From NCBI GenBank assembly GCA_963747215.1, contig CAVVET010000040.1:47572-111571 (forward strand): 64,000 bases of DNA, written 5' to 3'. Under the pieces are notes generated by a model. That model did no database searches, had not been told where the DNA came from, and worked only from the letters and a program-made list of their open reading frames with translations. A program made the translations under genes and the position numbers. Of this stretch, positions 20,982 through 31,402 are shown piece by piece. How positions within the stretch are numbered: the stretch's first letter is position 1; each line of letters opens with the position of its first letter. This DNA comes from an uncultured Acidimicrobiales bacterium (lineage in GTDB: Bacteria > Actinomycetota > Acidimicrobiia > Acidimicrobiales > DATKAS01).

Positions 20982-23477
20982 TCACTCACCTCGAGGTCGA
21001 CGATCATCGTCGTGCCTCCACCCGGCGTGTCTTCGACGACGAGCTCGCCACCCATCGCGCGGGTGAAGCCCCGCGCGACGGCCAAGCCGAGCCCCACACC
21101 AGCGCCGTGGCGGGGAGCGCGATCGTCGAGTCGCTGGAACGGTTGGAACACTCGCTCCCGGTCCTCCACGCGGATGCCCTTCCCCTGGTCGACGACCCGA
21201 AGCAGCACGCGGTCCGCGACAAGCCCGACTTCGACCCGTACCGGCGAGGTGCTGTCGCTGTGGGTGAGCGCGTTGTCGACGAGGTTCGCGACGACTCGCT
21301 CGAGAAGGTAGGGATCTGCGTCGACGGGAGGCACGTTCTCCGGAACATCGACGACGACCTCGCGCGCCCGTGGCCCCAAGCTCGCGACCGCCGCGGGCGC
21401 GACCTCATCGAGCGTGGTCGGCCGCAATGCCGGAGCGACAGCGTCCGCCTGGATCCGCGACATGTCGAGCAGGTTGTCGACCAAGTTGGTGAGACGGTCG
21501 GTCTCGTCTTCGACGGTGGCGAGGAACTCAGCCGTCTCGTCGGGCGTCCAGCTCACGTCGGGCTGGCGAAGGCTGTTGACCGATGCCTTGATCCCTGCCA
21601 ACGGCGTCCGAAGGTCGTGCGACACCGCTTGCAGAAGCGCGCTGCGCAGCTCGTTGGCCTCTGCGAGCGCGGTCGCCTCCGATGCCTGGGCGTGGAGCCG
21701 TTTTCCGATCGAGCGCCGCGGACAGGTTGGATGCGAACGCGTTGAGCATCCGGCGGTCCTCCGGCGCGAGGTTCTCCCCGGACAGGGCGAGCACCAGGTC
21801 CTGGCCGACGGCGTGCACGTCGTCGGCCTCGGCGGGGGTGCTCACGCTGTCGCCGTCGGCCGCCTCGACCGTCCAGCCACCGTTGTTCCTGCGGAGGAGC
21901 GCGGCGCCGGACAAGGCGAATGACCGGCGGAGGTGGGACATGAGGGTCGGCAGCGGGTCTGCGTCGACCACACCACTCGCGAGAGCAGCCAGCGTCTCCG
22001 CCTCGGCTCTCGCTCGGGTCGCTTCGAGAGTTCGGCGGTTTGCAAGCGCGACGAGCCCGCTGACGATCACGGCTGTCAACAGGTAAACGCCGAGCGCGAG
22101 GACGTTTTCTCCATCGGAGATCGTGAGGGTGTGGATCGGTGGAGTGAAGTACCAGTTCACGAGCAACGATCCGGCGATTGCTGCGACGATCGCTGGTGCG
22201 AGCCCTCCGATCGCGGCGTCGATGATCACGAACAGCAGATAGAGCAGGATCACGGTCTGCAGGCCGAGCTCGTCGCGCAGCTGCGCGAGCACCAGCGTGA
22301 GCACCGGTAGGCCGATGACCGTGAGGAGCCACGCGATGAGACGTCGTCGGGGCGCGACCGTGGCGCGTCGCCGAGATGGGCGCGGCAATGCCGCCTCGAC
22401 CGGTGACGGCTCGTGGGAGATCACGTGCACGTCGATCGGTCCGGACATCCGGATCACTCGGTTGATCACCGATCCCCGCGTGAGCTCGTGCCACCGGTTC
22501 TGGCGACTGCTCCCCAGGATGAGCTGCGTGGCGTTCTCGGCCCGTGCGAAGTCGAGCAGAGCGGTGGCGATGTCGCTCCCGGCGATCTCGTGGTACTCGC
22601 CGCCCACCTCTTCGAGCAGCTGACGATGTGCGGCGAGGAGCTCCGTGCCGGACCCGACCAAGCCCTCCTCACTGCGGGCGTGCACGCCGAGCAGCTCGCC
22701 GTGGGCGCGTTGGGCGATCCGAGACGCCCGCCGGATGAGGTCCTCGGTCCCGGGCGCGCCGGTGAGGGCGACGACGACCCGCTCGCGCGTCTCCCACGGC
22801 TGCGTGATGCCATGCCGGTTGCGGTAGTCCTCCAGCGCGACGTCGACCTGGTCGGCGACCCACAGCAGGGCAAGCTCCCGGAGCGCGGCGAGGTTGCCTT
22901 CGCGGAAGTAGTTGGTGAGCGCCGCATCGATCTTCTCGGGCGCGTAGACGTTGCCGTGGGCCAACCGACGGCGGAGCGCTTCGGGAGTCATGTCGACGAG
23001 CTCCACCTGTGCGGCGGCGCGCACCACGTCGTCGGGGATCGTCTCGCGTTGCGCGATGCCCGTGATCCGCTCGACGACGTCATTGATCGACTCGAGGTGC
23101 TGGATGTTCACCGTGGAGATGACGTCGATGCCCGCTTCGAGGATCTCGTCCACGTCCTGCCAACGCTTGGCGTGTTTCGAGCCCGGCGCATTGGTGTGCG
23201 CGAGCTCGTCCACGAGGGCGACCTCGGGCCGGCGATGCAGCACAGCCTCGACGTCCATCTCCTCGAAGGACGTCCCCCGGTACTCCTGCGTCCGGCGGGG
23301 GATGACCTCGAGGTCACCGACCTGCTCCGCGGTGCGTGGCCGTCCATGTGTCTCCACGTAGGCCACGACCACGTCAGTGCCGCGATCGTCGCGGCGCCGG
23401 CCCTCGTTGAGCATGGCGAAGGTCTTGCCGACCCCCGGAGCGGCGCCCAGATAAACGCGCAACGTTCCCCGAGCCAT
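20978..23477 (-). CDS. kdpD: Sensor histidine kinase KdpD (frameshift ~21700)
   Basis: GAAPGVGKT, VDELAHTN, Usp domain, TM region, SHDLRTPL H-box, GVGLGLAV. Confidence 0.95.
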
Positions 23478-23563
23478 GTCCCCAGTCTCCCGCTATCCGG
23501 CGCCGCGCCGCGGTCCACGCATCGATGACGGTTGTACGACCGTCGCCCGCGGACAGCGGATCT

Positions 23564-23602
23564 CTTAGCGGGCCATTAGCGCGACGCCCGGGAGTCTTAG
23601 CG
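23564..23602. promoter_or_regulatory. Putative KdpE boxes upstream of kdpD
   Basis: CTTAGCG 23564, ATTAGCG 23575, CTTAGCG 23596 (11/21 spacing, as at 20244-20276). Confidence 0.55.
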
Positions 23603-23632
23603 GGACGCCGCGGAGATATCCTCCCGCGCGCT

Positions 23633-24202
23633 ATGGCGGCAGACGTGCAGCGAGTCGATTCGACGGAAGGCCTCGTCGCCACGATCGTGTTGGCGTTCAG
23701 CAGCGACCCTTTCGTTCGGTGGATGCTCCCCGATCCCGACCGGTTCCTCACGTACTTCACGCGCATCACCTGCCTGCACGGTGAGTGGACGTCGTCCTCC
23801 GGCGGTGCGTTCGGCCTCTCAGATGGGAGCGGTGCCGCGTTCTGGTACCCGCCCGGGGCGCATCCCGACGGCGAGGTCTTCGGCGCGTTGCTCGCGGAAG
23901 CGGGCGTCGCCCGCCGGGTCGCCCCCGTGTGGGAACAGGTGGGGCCGTACGAGCCCGACGAGCCCCACTGGTATCTCCGGCAGATCGGCGTGGACCCCAC
24001 GGCGCGGGGGAGAGGTCTCGGGTCGGCGCTTCTGCGAACTGGCCTCGATGAGGTCGACCACGCGGGTGCCCGCGCCTACCTCGAAGCCACGAGCACCGCC
24101 AGCAAGTCGCTGTACGAGCGCCACGGTTTCGTGTCGCTCGGTGAGGTCAAGGTGGGCGACGCCCCACCTCTCTGGCCGATGGTGCGCGAACCGATGGCCT
24201 GA
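23633..24202 (+). CDS. GNAT N-acetyltransferase (puromycin-acetyltransferase-like)
   Basis: AFSSDP, PHWYLRQIGVDPTARGRGLGSALL, AYLEA, LYERHGF. Confidence 0.9.
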   Translation: MAADVQRVDSTEGLVATIVLAFSSDPFVRWMLPDPDRFLTYFTRITCLHGEWTSSSGGAFGLSDGSGAAFWYPPGAHPDGEVFGALLAEAGVARRVAPVWEQVGPYEPDEPHWYLRQIGVDPTARGRGLGSALLRTGLDEVDHAGARAYLEATSTASKSLYERHGFVSLGEVKVGDAPPLWPMVREPMA

Positions 24203-24203
24203 G

Positions 24204-25067
24204 TCACGCACGGCGTCCGGACGCGATCAGCGTGACGCCGGGGATCTCCATCCCGTTGGGCGTCGCATAACGCGAGAGCGCCGCGCGGAACCGATCGGCG
24301 ATCGACCGCTGGACGTCGGCCGGCAGCGCGGAGAGGATGCCGGCGAGGGGCCCGGCGAGCGCGGTCGTCCGCTCCCAGTGAGTCTCGAACGACGGCGCGC
24401 GCAGGGGCGCCTCCAGCTCGTCGACCACGACGGCACTCAGTCCGGCCCCGCTCAGCACCGCGCGAAGCTGCTCCGCGTCGTCCAGTGAGAACGGCCCGGG
24501 GATGCCCGGCGGGGGGACTGGGAAGCCCGTCTCGGCCGTGACGGCATCGAAGAGCTCGCCGAGCCATGGGTTTCGGTCTCGCGGCCCCCAGACGGCGATC
24601 GCGATGCGCCCGCCGGGGCGGAGCACGCGCCGGATCTCGCGCGCGGCGCACGCTGGATCGACCGCGAACATCAGGCCCTCGCGACACAGGACGACGTCGT
24701 AGCTTTCGTCGGGTTGTGCGATCTGCTCGAGATCGAGGACGAGGGTCCGCACGTTCGTCATGCCCATCTCCGACGCGCGCTTCTCGGCGATCGTCGTCAT
24801 CTCGATCGCGACGTCGGACAGCACAACCTCGCCGGTCTCGCCCACGCGCTCGGCCGCTACCAGGCCCGCTCCACCCGGACCGCACGCGAGCTCGAGCACG
24901 CGCTCGCCCGGCTGCAACGCGACGCGGGCGAGCATCGCGGCCGTGACCGCTCCACCCCGCTCGTCGAGGTAGTCCGCGTGCGCGGCCCAGTTCGGCGCGA
25001 CGCTCGCCCAGGTGCCGTGGATCTGGGTGCGGAGGGCCTCGTGACCTGCCGTTTCAGCGTTCGCCAT
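24204..25067 (-). CDS. Class I SAM-dependent methyltransferase
   Basis: VLELACGPG, YDVVLCREGLMF, RVLRPGGRI; RBS GAGGAGG. Confidence 0.9.
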   Translation of the reverse strand: MANAETAGHEALRTQIHGTWASVAPNWAAHADYLDERGGAVTAAMLARVALQPGERVLELACGPGGAGLVAAERVGETGEVVLSDVAIEMTTIAEKRASEMGMTNVRTLVLDLEQIAQPDESYDVVLCREGLMFAVDPACAAREIRRVLRPGGRIAIAVWGPRDRNPWLGELFDAVTAETGFPVPPPGIPGPFSLDDAEQLRAVLSGAGLSAVVVDELEAPLRAPSFETHWERTTALAGPLAGILSALPADVQRSIADRFRAALSRYATPNGMEIPGVTLIASGRRA

Positions 25068-25080
25068 CACGACCTCCTCT

Positions 25081-25105
25081 TTCACTATACTCAAAGAGTA
25101 TTGAA
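25081..25105. promoter_or_regulatory. Putative TetR operator between divergent genes
   Basis: TTCA-CT-ATACTC-AAA-GAGTAT-TGAA inverted repeat in an AT-rich patch. Confidence 0.6.
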
Positions 25106-25115
25106 TAGAATCGAC

Positions 25116-25139
25116 GAGTGGTCAAGTGAGTGGTCAAGT
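25116..25139 (+). repeat. 12-bp tandem duplication
   Basis: GAGTGGTCAAGT x2 at the TetR start. Confidence 0.8.
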
Positions 25140-25791
25140 GACTGAAGCGGAGCGGACGAAGCGTCGGTACGACTCGCGGCGGCGGCAGGCGCAGGCGGCC
25201 GAGACGCGCCGATCGATTCTCGATGCGGCACAGCGACTGTTCGAGCGAGACGGGTATGTCGCGACGACGATGGAGGCGATCGCGCGCGAGGCCGGCGTCG
25301 CGCTCAAGACCGTGTACGCCGCGTTCACCACGAAGCCGGGGCTCCTGCGCGCGCTGTGGGACCTGCGGCTCAAGGGTGACCTGGAGGACGCGCCCGTCGC
25401 CGATCGTGACTGGTACCGAGCGGCACTCGACGAGCCCGACGCCGACCGTCAGCTTCGTCTCATCGTGCACAACTCATGCGTGGTGAAGCGCCGGATCGGC
25501 CCGCTTCTCCGCGTGATCCGCAGCGCCGCCGAAGTCGACGCCGACGGCGCCGCGCTCTGGCGCCTCATCCAGTCCGACTTCTACGAGAACCAGCGCGCGC
25601 TCATCAGCTCGCTCCAGTCGCGAGACGGCTTGCGTGAGGGGCTCGACCTCGCGACCGCGACCGACATCCTCTGGACGCTCAACCATCCCGACGTCTGGCT
25701 CCTGCTCGTGGGCGAGCGAGGCTGGACTCCGGACCAGTTCGAGGAGTGGTTCGCCGACACTGCCGTCGCCCAGCTCGCTCGAGCGACATGA
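25126..25791 (+). CDS. TetR/AcrR regulator
   Basis: RRYDSRRR, GYVATTMEAIAREAGVALKTVYAAFTTKPGLL. Confidence 0.92.
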   Translation: MSGQVTEAERTKRRYDSRRRQAQAAETRRSILDAAQRLFERDGYVATTMEAIAREAGVALKTVYAAFTTKPGLLRALWDLRLKGDLEDAPVADRDWYRAALDEPDADRQLRLIVHNSCVVKRRIGPLLRVIRSAAEVDADGAALWRLIQSDFYENQRALISSLQSRDGLREGLDLATATDILWTLNHPDVWLLLVGERGWTPDQFEEWFADTAVAQLARAT

Positions 25792-25834
25792 TGGGCTGAT
25801 GGGCGATGGGCTGATGGACGATGGGCTGATGGAC
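25790..25834 (+). repeat. 15-bp tandem repeat x3
   Basis: GATGGGCTGATGG(G/A)C at 25790, 25805 and 25820, giving several in-frame ATGs. Confidence 0.85.
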
Positions 25835-26176
25835 GACCGAGTGCAGGAGTACATCGAGGCGATTCCCGCGGCGCACCGTCCCCTGTTCGATCGCGTCCAC
25901 GGCGTGATCATGGAAGTGCAGCCCGACGCGCAGGTGACGATGTCCTACGGCATCCCGACCTACAAGGTCGGCACCGCGCGGCTCTACCTCGGCGAGTGGA
26001 AGCACGGAGTGTCGATCTACGGCTGGCAGCAGGGTCGCGACGGCGGGTTCGTCGAGCGGCATCCCGAGCTCAAGAAGAGCAAGGGCACCATCCAGCTGAG
26101 ACCAGAGTCGGCGAATGCGATCACCGACGACGAGCTGCGTGACCTCGTGCGGGCGGCGTTCGCGGCTGACGATTAG
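25829..26176 (+). CDS. DUF1801-domain protein
   Basis: VQEYIEAIP...MSYGIPTYKV...KGTIQL; alternative start at 25799. Confidence 0.75.
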   Translation: MDDRVQEYIEAIPAAHRPLFDRVHGVIMEVQPDAQVTMSYGIPTYKVGTARLYLGEWKHGVSIYGWQQGRDGGFVERHPELKKSKGTIQLRPESANAITDDELRDLVRAAFAADD

Positions 26177-26955
26177 CCCGCCGAGCGGGGGCGGCCGCCT
26201 CCGATTGCCGCAGTGATGCCGCCGTCTACCGGGTACGCGCCGCCGGTGATGAAGCTCGCGTCGTCGCTCGCCAGGAACGCTACGAGCTCACCGACTTCTT
26301 CAGGACGTCCGACGCGTCCGATCGGATGGCCGGCGCCGAACATCTCGAGGATCTGAGCGTTGCCGTGTGCAGGCCCGAGGATCGGCGTGTCGATCACGCC
26401 GGGGCACACGGCATTCACCCGGATGTTCTGGGGTGCGAGGTCGATGGCCGCGCACTTGACGAGGCCGATCACGCCGAACTTCGTCGCGCAGTACGTGCCC
26501 ATCGCCATGCCCCCGTTGAGGCCCGCACCGGACGACGTGACCACGATCGACCCGCCGCCGGCGCCGGCGATCGCCCGACCGAACGACTGCATGCCGAGGA
26601 GCACGCCGCGCAGGTTGACGGCCATGGTGCGATCCCAGTCGTCGAGGCTGATGTCGAGCACCCCGCCCATCGTGGCGATGCCGGCGTTGAGGTGGGCGAC
26701 GTGCAGCGGGCCGAGCTCCGCATTGATTGCCTTGGCAGCCGCGTTGTTCGAGTCGGGGCTGGTGACATCGAGCTCGACCGCGATCGCGGTGCCCCCGCTC
26801 TCGGTGATTCCCTTCGCGGTTGCTTCAGCGCGCGCGACGTCGAGATCCGCGCACGCCACGCGGGCGCCGTGCCGCGCGAGCACTGCCGCGGTCGCTGCTC
26901 CGATCCCCGAGCCGGCTCCGGTGACGACCGCCGTCTTCTCCTCGAGCCTGCCCAT
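26173..26955 (-). CDS. SDR family oxidoreductase
   Basis: TGAGSGIG, NAGI, YCATK, RVNAVCPG. Confidence 0.93.
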   Translation of the reverse strand: MGRLEEKTAVVTGAGSGIGAATAAVLARHGARVACADLDVARAEATAKGITESGGTAIAVELDVTSPDSNNAAAKAINAELGPLHVAHLNAGIATMGGVLDISLDDWDRTMAVNLRGVLLGMQSFGRAIAGAGGGSIVVTSSGAGLNGGMAMGTYCATKFGVIGLVKCAAIDLAPQNIRVNAVCPGVIDTPILGPAHGNAQILEMFGAGHPIGRVGRPEEVGELVAFLASDDASFITGGAYPVDGGITAAIGGGRPRSAG

Positions 26956-27004
26956 CTGTGCCTCCTCCGTCGTGACCGAACGGAAGGTTGTCACCTCGTG
27001 GTGG

Positions 27005-28176
27005 TCAGTGCTTCGAACCCTCGAGGACGATCTCCACCCGATCGCTGTACTGGCTGCGCCCCTCGACGTCCGCGACGTAGAAGCTCACGTCGACCGACGC
27101 CGCCTTCACGTCGTACAGCGCCTGCCAGAACGTGCGCGCTCCCTCGACCGGCGCTTCGAAGCGAACGGCCGCGAGGTGGTCGCGGATGTCGCTGCGATCC
27201 ACGATCGCCCCGGGATCCATCGCGGCGCGCAGCGTCTCCCAGCGGCGGTAGGTGAGCGCGGCGGTCCCGATCGGCCCGGTCTCGACCGGCAGCGCTGACG
27301 GATCGGGCCACCGGTGAAGAAGGTGGTTCGTGCACACGAGCCGCCCGTCGGCGCGAGCGTCAGCGTCGACGATCACCTCGCGGTTCCGGCGCGGTGAGTG
27401 CTCCCACACGAACGACGCGCCCGAACGATCCGCGACCACGAAGTGGCAGGGGGTGAAGGAGTAGTAGTGCTTCGCGAGGAGGAGCGCGGTCTTCGCTTCG
27501 TCGACCGTCGCACAGGTATCGAGGAGATAGCGGACGACCTGCTGCTCGGCGAGGCCCACCTGCGGCGTACGGGTCGGCTCCGGCTCTGGCGTCTCGTTGT
27601 CGGCGAGCAGGGCGACGGCGAGCCCGGCCTCGTTGATGCCGTCCATGGCGCCCATCAGGTCCATGATCGCGATGACGACCGAGGCGTAGCCCTTGTCCGG
27701 ATGGAGCTCGATCACCCACGGATCGGCCGCGAGGGCACGTTCGCCGGGCAGCGCCGGGAGGCCGACGATCGCGGTGAACGTCGCGGTGGGGAAGTCGAAG
27801 TTGCGCGCGAGCACGCCGGCGCCGTCTTTCGTGATCGCAGGGGGATAGAACGCCACTGAGCAGCCGGCGGGGATGTCGTATGTGCTCACCCAGTCGAAGG
27901 CGACGCTGGGGTCATTCGCAGTCACGGCCGAAGTGATCGGCGACGCCCTTGCTGCGTTCGAGGTGCGCCGGATGGTGGGTCGCGAACCAACGCCGGCGCA
28001 CCTGCTCGCGCTGGGGATCGTCGACGGCGCGAGGGGCGGCAGCCGCGCCGTGGGCGACGCGAGGCCGCCTCGGCCAGAGCGCGTCCGATCTCGCGCTGCG
28101 TTCCGGCGACCCGAAGGTGGCGGACGAGCGTGAAGTCATCGGGCCCGCCGGCGAGTGTCGTGAGTTCGCTTTGCAT
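27005..28176 (-). CDS. C45 family Ntn-hydrolase / autoproteolytic acyltransferase (frameshifts ~27920-28030)
   Basis: GTQREIG propeptide, GCS nucleophile, LARNFDF, DGINEAGL, CTNH. Confidence 0.8.
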
Positions 28177-28197
28177 GGTTGCTCCTCTTCCCACAGA

Positions 28198-28242
28198 TAG
28201 TGCGAGTTCGTAGTAGTATTCAGATAATGCGAGATCGCACTA
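28198..28242. promoter_or_regulatory. Two MarR-type operators
   Basis: TAGTGCGAGTTCGTAGTA and TAATGCGAGATCGCACTA; consensus TAGTGCGA-N2-TCGCACTA. Confidence 0.65.
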
Positions 28243-28676
28243 CTTCTGTCAAGCGGCAAGACACGAATGTGCTGTTCGACGTGTGGCTCGTGTCTCGAGC
28301 GGCGACCGACGTCCTCGACACTGCGCTCGCACCCTCAGGGCTCACCGCCGACGAGTTCGGGATCTATTCCGTCCTCACGTCCGCGGACACGATGACGCCC
28401 TCGGAGCTCGCCCGTTGGATGTCGGCGGCGCCGACGACCGTGTCGAGCTACGTGAAGCGCTTCGAAGCGCGTGGCCACGTCGAGCGCCGCCGCAATCCCG
28501 ATGACGGACGCTCGTTCGTGCTGCGGCTGACGCCAGCGGGGCGGCGCGCCCATGCGGCGGCAGGTGCGCAGTTCGTTCCGGTCCTCGAAGGGGTCCTGCG
28601 CACGCTCGGCAGCCGTGAAGCGACGGTGCGCCGGTCGCTCACGCTCCTCGACGAAGCGCTCCGTGGCGAGGGGTGA
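28227..28676 (+). CDS. MarR-family regulator
   Basis: TPSELARW, TVSSYVKRFEARGHVERRRNPDDGRS...LTPAG. Confidence 0.92.
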   Translation: MRDRTTSVKRQDTNVLFDVWLVSRAATDVLDTALAPSGLTADEFGIYSVLTSADTMTPSELARWMSAAPTTVSSYVKRFEARGHVERRRNPDDGRSFVLRLTPAGRRAHAAAGAQFVPVLEGVLRTLGSREATVRRSLTLLDEALRGEG

Positions 28677-28716
28677 CCCGCTTCGGGCCAGATCCGGTTC
28701 GTGCCACGCTGGCGGC

Positions 28717-29451
28717 ATGGATCTCACTGGCCACGCTGTCATCGTCACTGGCTCCTCGAGCGGCATCGGCGCCGCGATCGCTCGCCGACTCGACGCTCTC
28801 GGCGCCGGACTCGTCATCAACTCGGCGTCGTCGGTCGAGGCCGGGAACGCAGTGGCCGGTGAGCTGCGCGATGCGATCTACGTGCAGGGCGACATCGGCG
28901 ATCCGGCGACCGCCGCAGCGCTGGTCGAGGCGGCTCAGTCGCGCTGGGGCAGGCTCGACGGGCTGGTCAACAACGCGGCGGTGACCGTCAGCGTCCCGCT
29001 CGCGGACCTCGACTCGGTCGAGGTGTCGCATTGGGACAAGGTGCTGCGCACCAACGTCATCGGCACCTTTCTCGTCAGCCAGGCCTGTCTGCCGCTTCTG
29101 CGCGAGGCCGACGACGGATGGATCGTCAACATCACATCGCTCGCCGGCACTCGCCAGACAGGCAGCTCGCTGCCGTACGCGGTGTCGAAGGCCGCGGTCA
29201 ACCACATGACGACGCTCCTGGCGAAGTACGCCGGAGGAAACGTGCGCGTGAATGGTGTCGCACCGGGGCTCGTCGACACGCCGTGGACCGCGGACTGGCA
29301 CGACCGCCGCGAGGCGGTCACGGCCACCGCGCCATTGCATCGGGTCGCCACGCCCGACGACATCGCGGAGGCGGCGCTCGGGCTCATCGCCAGCCGGTAC
29401 GCCACCGGCGCCACCTTGATCGTGGACGGTGGGCTCGGCCTCATGGTCTGA
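28717..29451 (+). CDS. SDR family oxidoreductase
   Basis: TGSSSGIG, LVNNA, YAVSK, RVNGVAPG. Confidence 0.92.
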   Translation: MDLTGHAVIVTGSSSGIGAAIARRLDALGAGLVINSASSVEAGNAVAGELRDAIYVQGDIGDPATAAALVEAAQSRWGRLDGLVNNAAVTVSVPLADLDSVEVSHWDKVLRTNVIGTFLVSQACLPLLREADDGWIVNITSLAGTRQTGSSLPYAVSKAAVNHMTTLLAKYAGGNVRVNGVAPGLVDTPWTADWHDRREAVTATAPLHRVATPDDIAEAALGLIASRYATGATLIVDGGLGLMV

Positions 29452-29471
29452 ACGAGGCGGCAACATTTCGC

Positions 29472-29509
29472 TTGACTCACGCTCAAATCGATGGTTGAGT
29501 GGCGGTCAA
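29472..29509. promoter_or_regulatory. Two TetR operators (TTGA-N7-TCAA)
   Basis: TTGACTCACGCTCAA (29472) and TTGAGTGGCGGTCAA (29495), directly before the ATG at 29510. Confidence 0.65.
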
Positions 29510-30115
29510 ATGAAATCGACACGCACGTACACCATGAGCAGCCGAGCCGAGGCGGTCGCGGACACACGCGAGCGCATCGTTCGCTCGGCCATCACGCTTC
29601 TGCTCGAGCATTGGTACGACGACGTCACCCTGGCAGCGATCGCGGCAGCGGCGGGTGTGTCGCACCAAACGGTGCTCAACCACTTCGAGTCGAAGGAGGG
29701 CGTCGCGTCGGCGGCGGCCGAGGTCCTCAAGGCCGAGACGAGCGCACGCCGGGGCCGAGCACCGTCGAACGACGTCGCGGGCGCGGTACATGTGCTCGTC
29801 GACGACTACGAGCAGCTCGGTGACGCGAACGTGCGGTGGGCGGTGTCGGCCGAGCGCCTCGGGCGCCTCGCGCCGTTGATGGACGAGGCCCGAGCCTCCC
29901 ATCAGCAGTGGCTCGGGCAGGTGTTCGCGTTCGGTCTACCGACACACTCGTCCGAACGCCGGCGTGCGATCAACGCGCTCCACGTCGCCACCGACGTCTA
30001 CACGTGGAAGCTGCTTCGCCGCGATCTCGGCCTCACCCGCGCCGAGACAGAACGCACGATGGTCGAGCTCGTCAAGGGCGTGCTCTCCGACAACGATCCA
30101 GGAGGAAACCGATGA
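29510..30115 (+). CDS. TetR/AcrR regulator
   Basis: RTYTMSSRA, TLAAIAAAAGVSHQTVLNHFESKEG. Confidence 0.92.
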   Translation: MKSTRTYTMSSRAEAVADTRERIVRSAITLLLEHWYDDVTLAAIAAAAGVSHQTVLNHFESKEGVASAAAEVLKAETSARRGRAPSNDVAGAVHVLVDDYEQLGDANVRWAVSAERLGRLAPLMDEARASHQQWLGQVFAFGLPTHSSERRRAINALHVATDVYTWKLLRRDLGLTRAETERTMVELVKGVLSDNDPGGNR

Positions 30116-31402
30116 CCACCCCGCCGCTCACCTATCTCGCCGCGCTCGTCGACGGCGGGGGCACCGTGCCGCCGGAGCTGTCGGCCGTGCGGCAGCTCGT
30201 CGAGCGGGGGCACGACGTGACGGTCCTCGCCGAAGACTCGATGGAGCACGAGGTCATGGCCACGGGAGCGACGTTCCGCCGTTGGGCGACCGCGCCCAAC
30301 CGCGCGGATCGTTCGGAGGAGAACGATCCCTACCGCGACTGGGAAGTGAAGTCACCGATGAAGCTGTTCGAGCGCCTGCTCGACGCGCAGTTCATGGGCC
30401 CGGCCGCGCGGTATGTGGCGGACGTCCAGCAGGCCGTCGCCGAGCATCGGCCCGACGTCGTGTTGTGCTCGCAGTTCGCGTTCGGTGCGATGGTCGCGGC
30501 GGAGGCCGCCCGCATCCCGTTCGTCGTTCTCATGCCGAACGTCTACCTGCTTCCCGCCGAGGGCATGCCGCCACTCGGCATGGGATTCAAGCCCGCCAAG
30601 GGCGCCGCGGGCCGGCTGCGCGACCGTGTCATCGGGGGGTTCACGACGCGGGTCTGGGACAAGAAGGGCCTTCCGCGCCTGAATGCCCTGCGCGCCGACC
30701 TCGGGCTCGAGCCGGTCCCGCACTTCTGGGATCAGGTGCATCAGGCGACGCGTGAGCTCGTCATGACGTCCGCGGACTTCGACTTCCCCGCGACCTTGCC
30801 TGCGCCTGCTCGCTACGTTGGCCCGGTGCTCGACGATCCGACATGGGTCGAGCCATGGTCGTCGCCGCCGGGCGACGAACCGCTCGTGCTCGTGGCGCTG
30901 TCGTCCACCTTCCAGGATCAGGGCACGACCATCCAGCGCATCATCGAGGCGCTCGCCTCCATGCCCGTGCGCGCGGTCGTGACCACCGGCCCGGCGCTCG
31001 ATGCGGAGACGCTGCCCGCTCCCGCCAACGTCTCGATCGTTCGCGTCGGCGCCGCACAGCGAAGTGCTGAAGCATGCCGCGGTCGTGATCACCCATGGCG
31101 GTCACGGCACGGTGATCAGGGCGCTGGCCGCCGGAGTGCCGATGGTCGTGATGTCACACGGGCGGGACCAGGCGGAGAACGCGACCCGAGTGACCACACG
31201 AGGGGCGGGTGTCGCGGTGAAGAAGGGCGCGAAACCCGAGAAGATCGCCGCGGCCGTGCGCACGATCCTCGGCGACCCGAGCTATCGCGCGAACGTGGAG
31301 CGTCTCGGCGAGGCCGTCCGTCGTGATGCGCTCCGCAGCGCCCTCGTGCAGGAGCTCGAGGCGGCCTCCGCCGGGAGCTACGTGAGCTCGAAGCCGGCGT
31401 AG
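30112..31402 (+). CDS. GT1/MGT-type UDP-glycosyltransferase (frameshift ~31045)
   Basis: GGGTVPP, RYVGP, PHSEVLKHAAVVITHGGHGT...GVPMV...GRDQ; ATGA overlap with TetR. Confidence 0.88.

Noticed and set aside
25790-25834. CRISPR-like repeat
   Set aside because: Head-to-tail 15-mers with no spacers and no cas genes.
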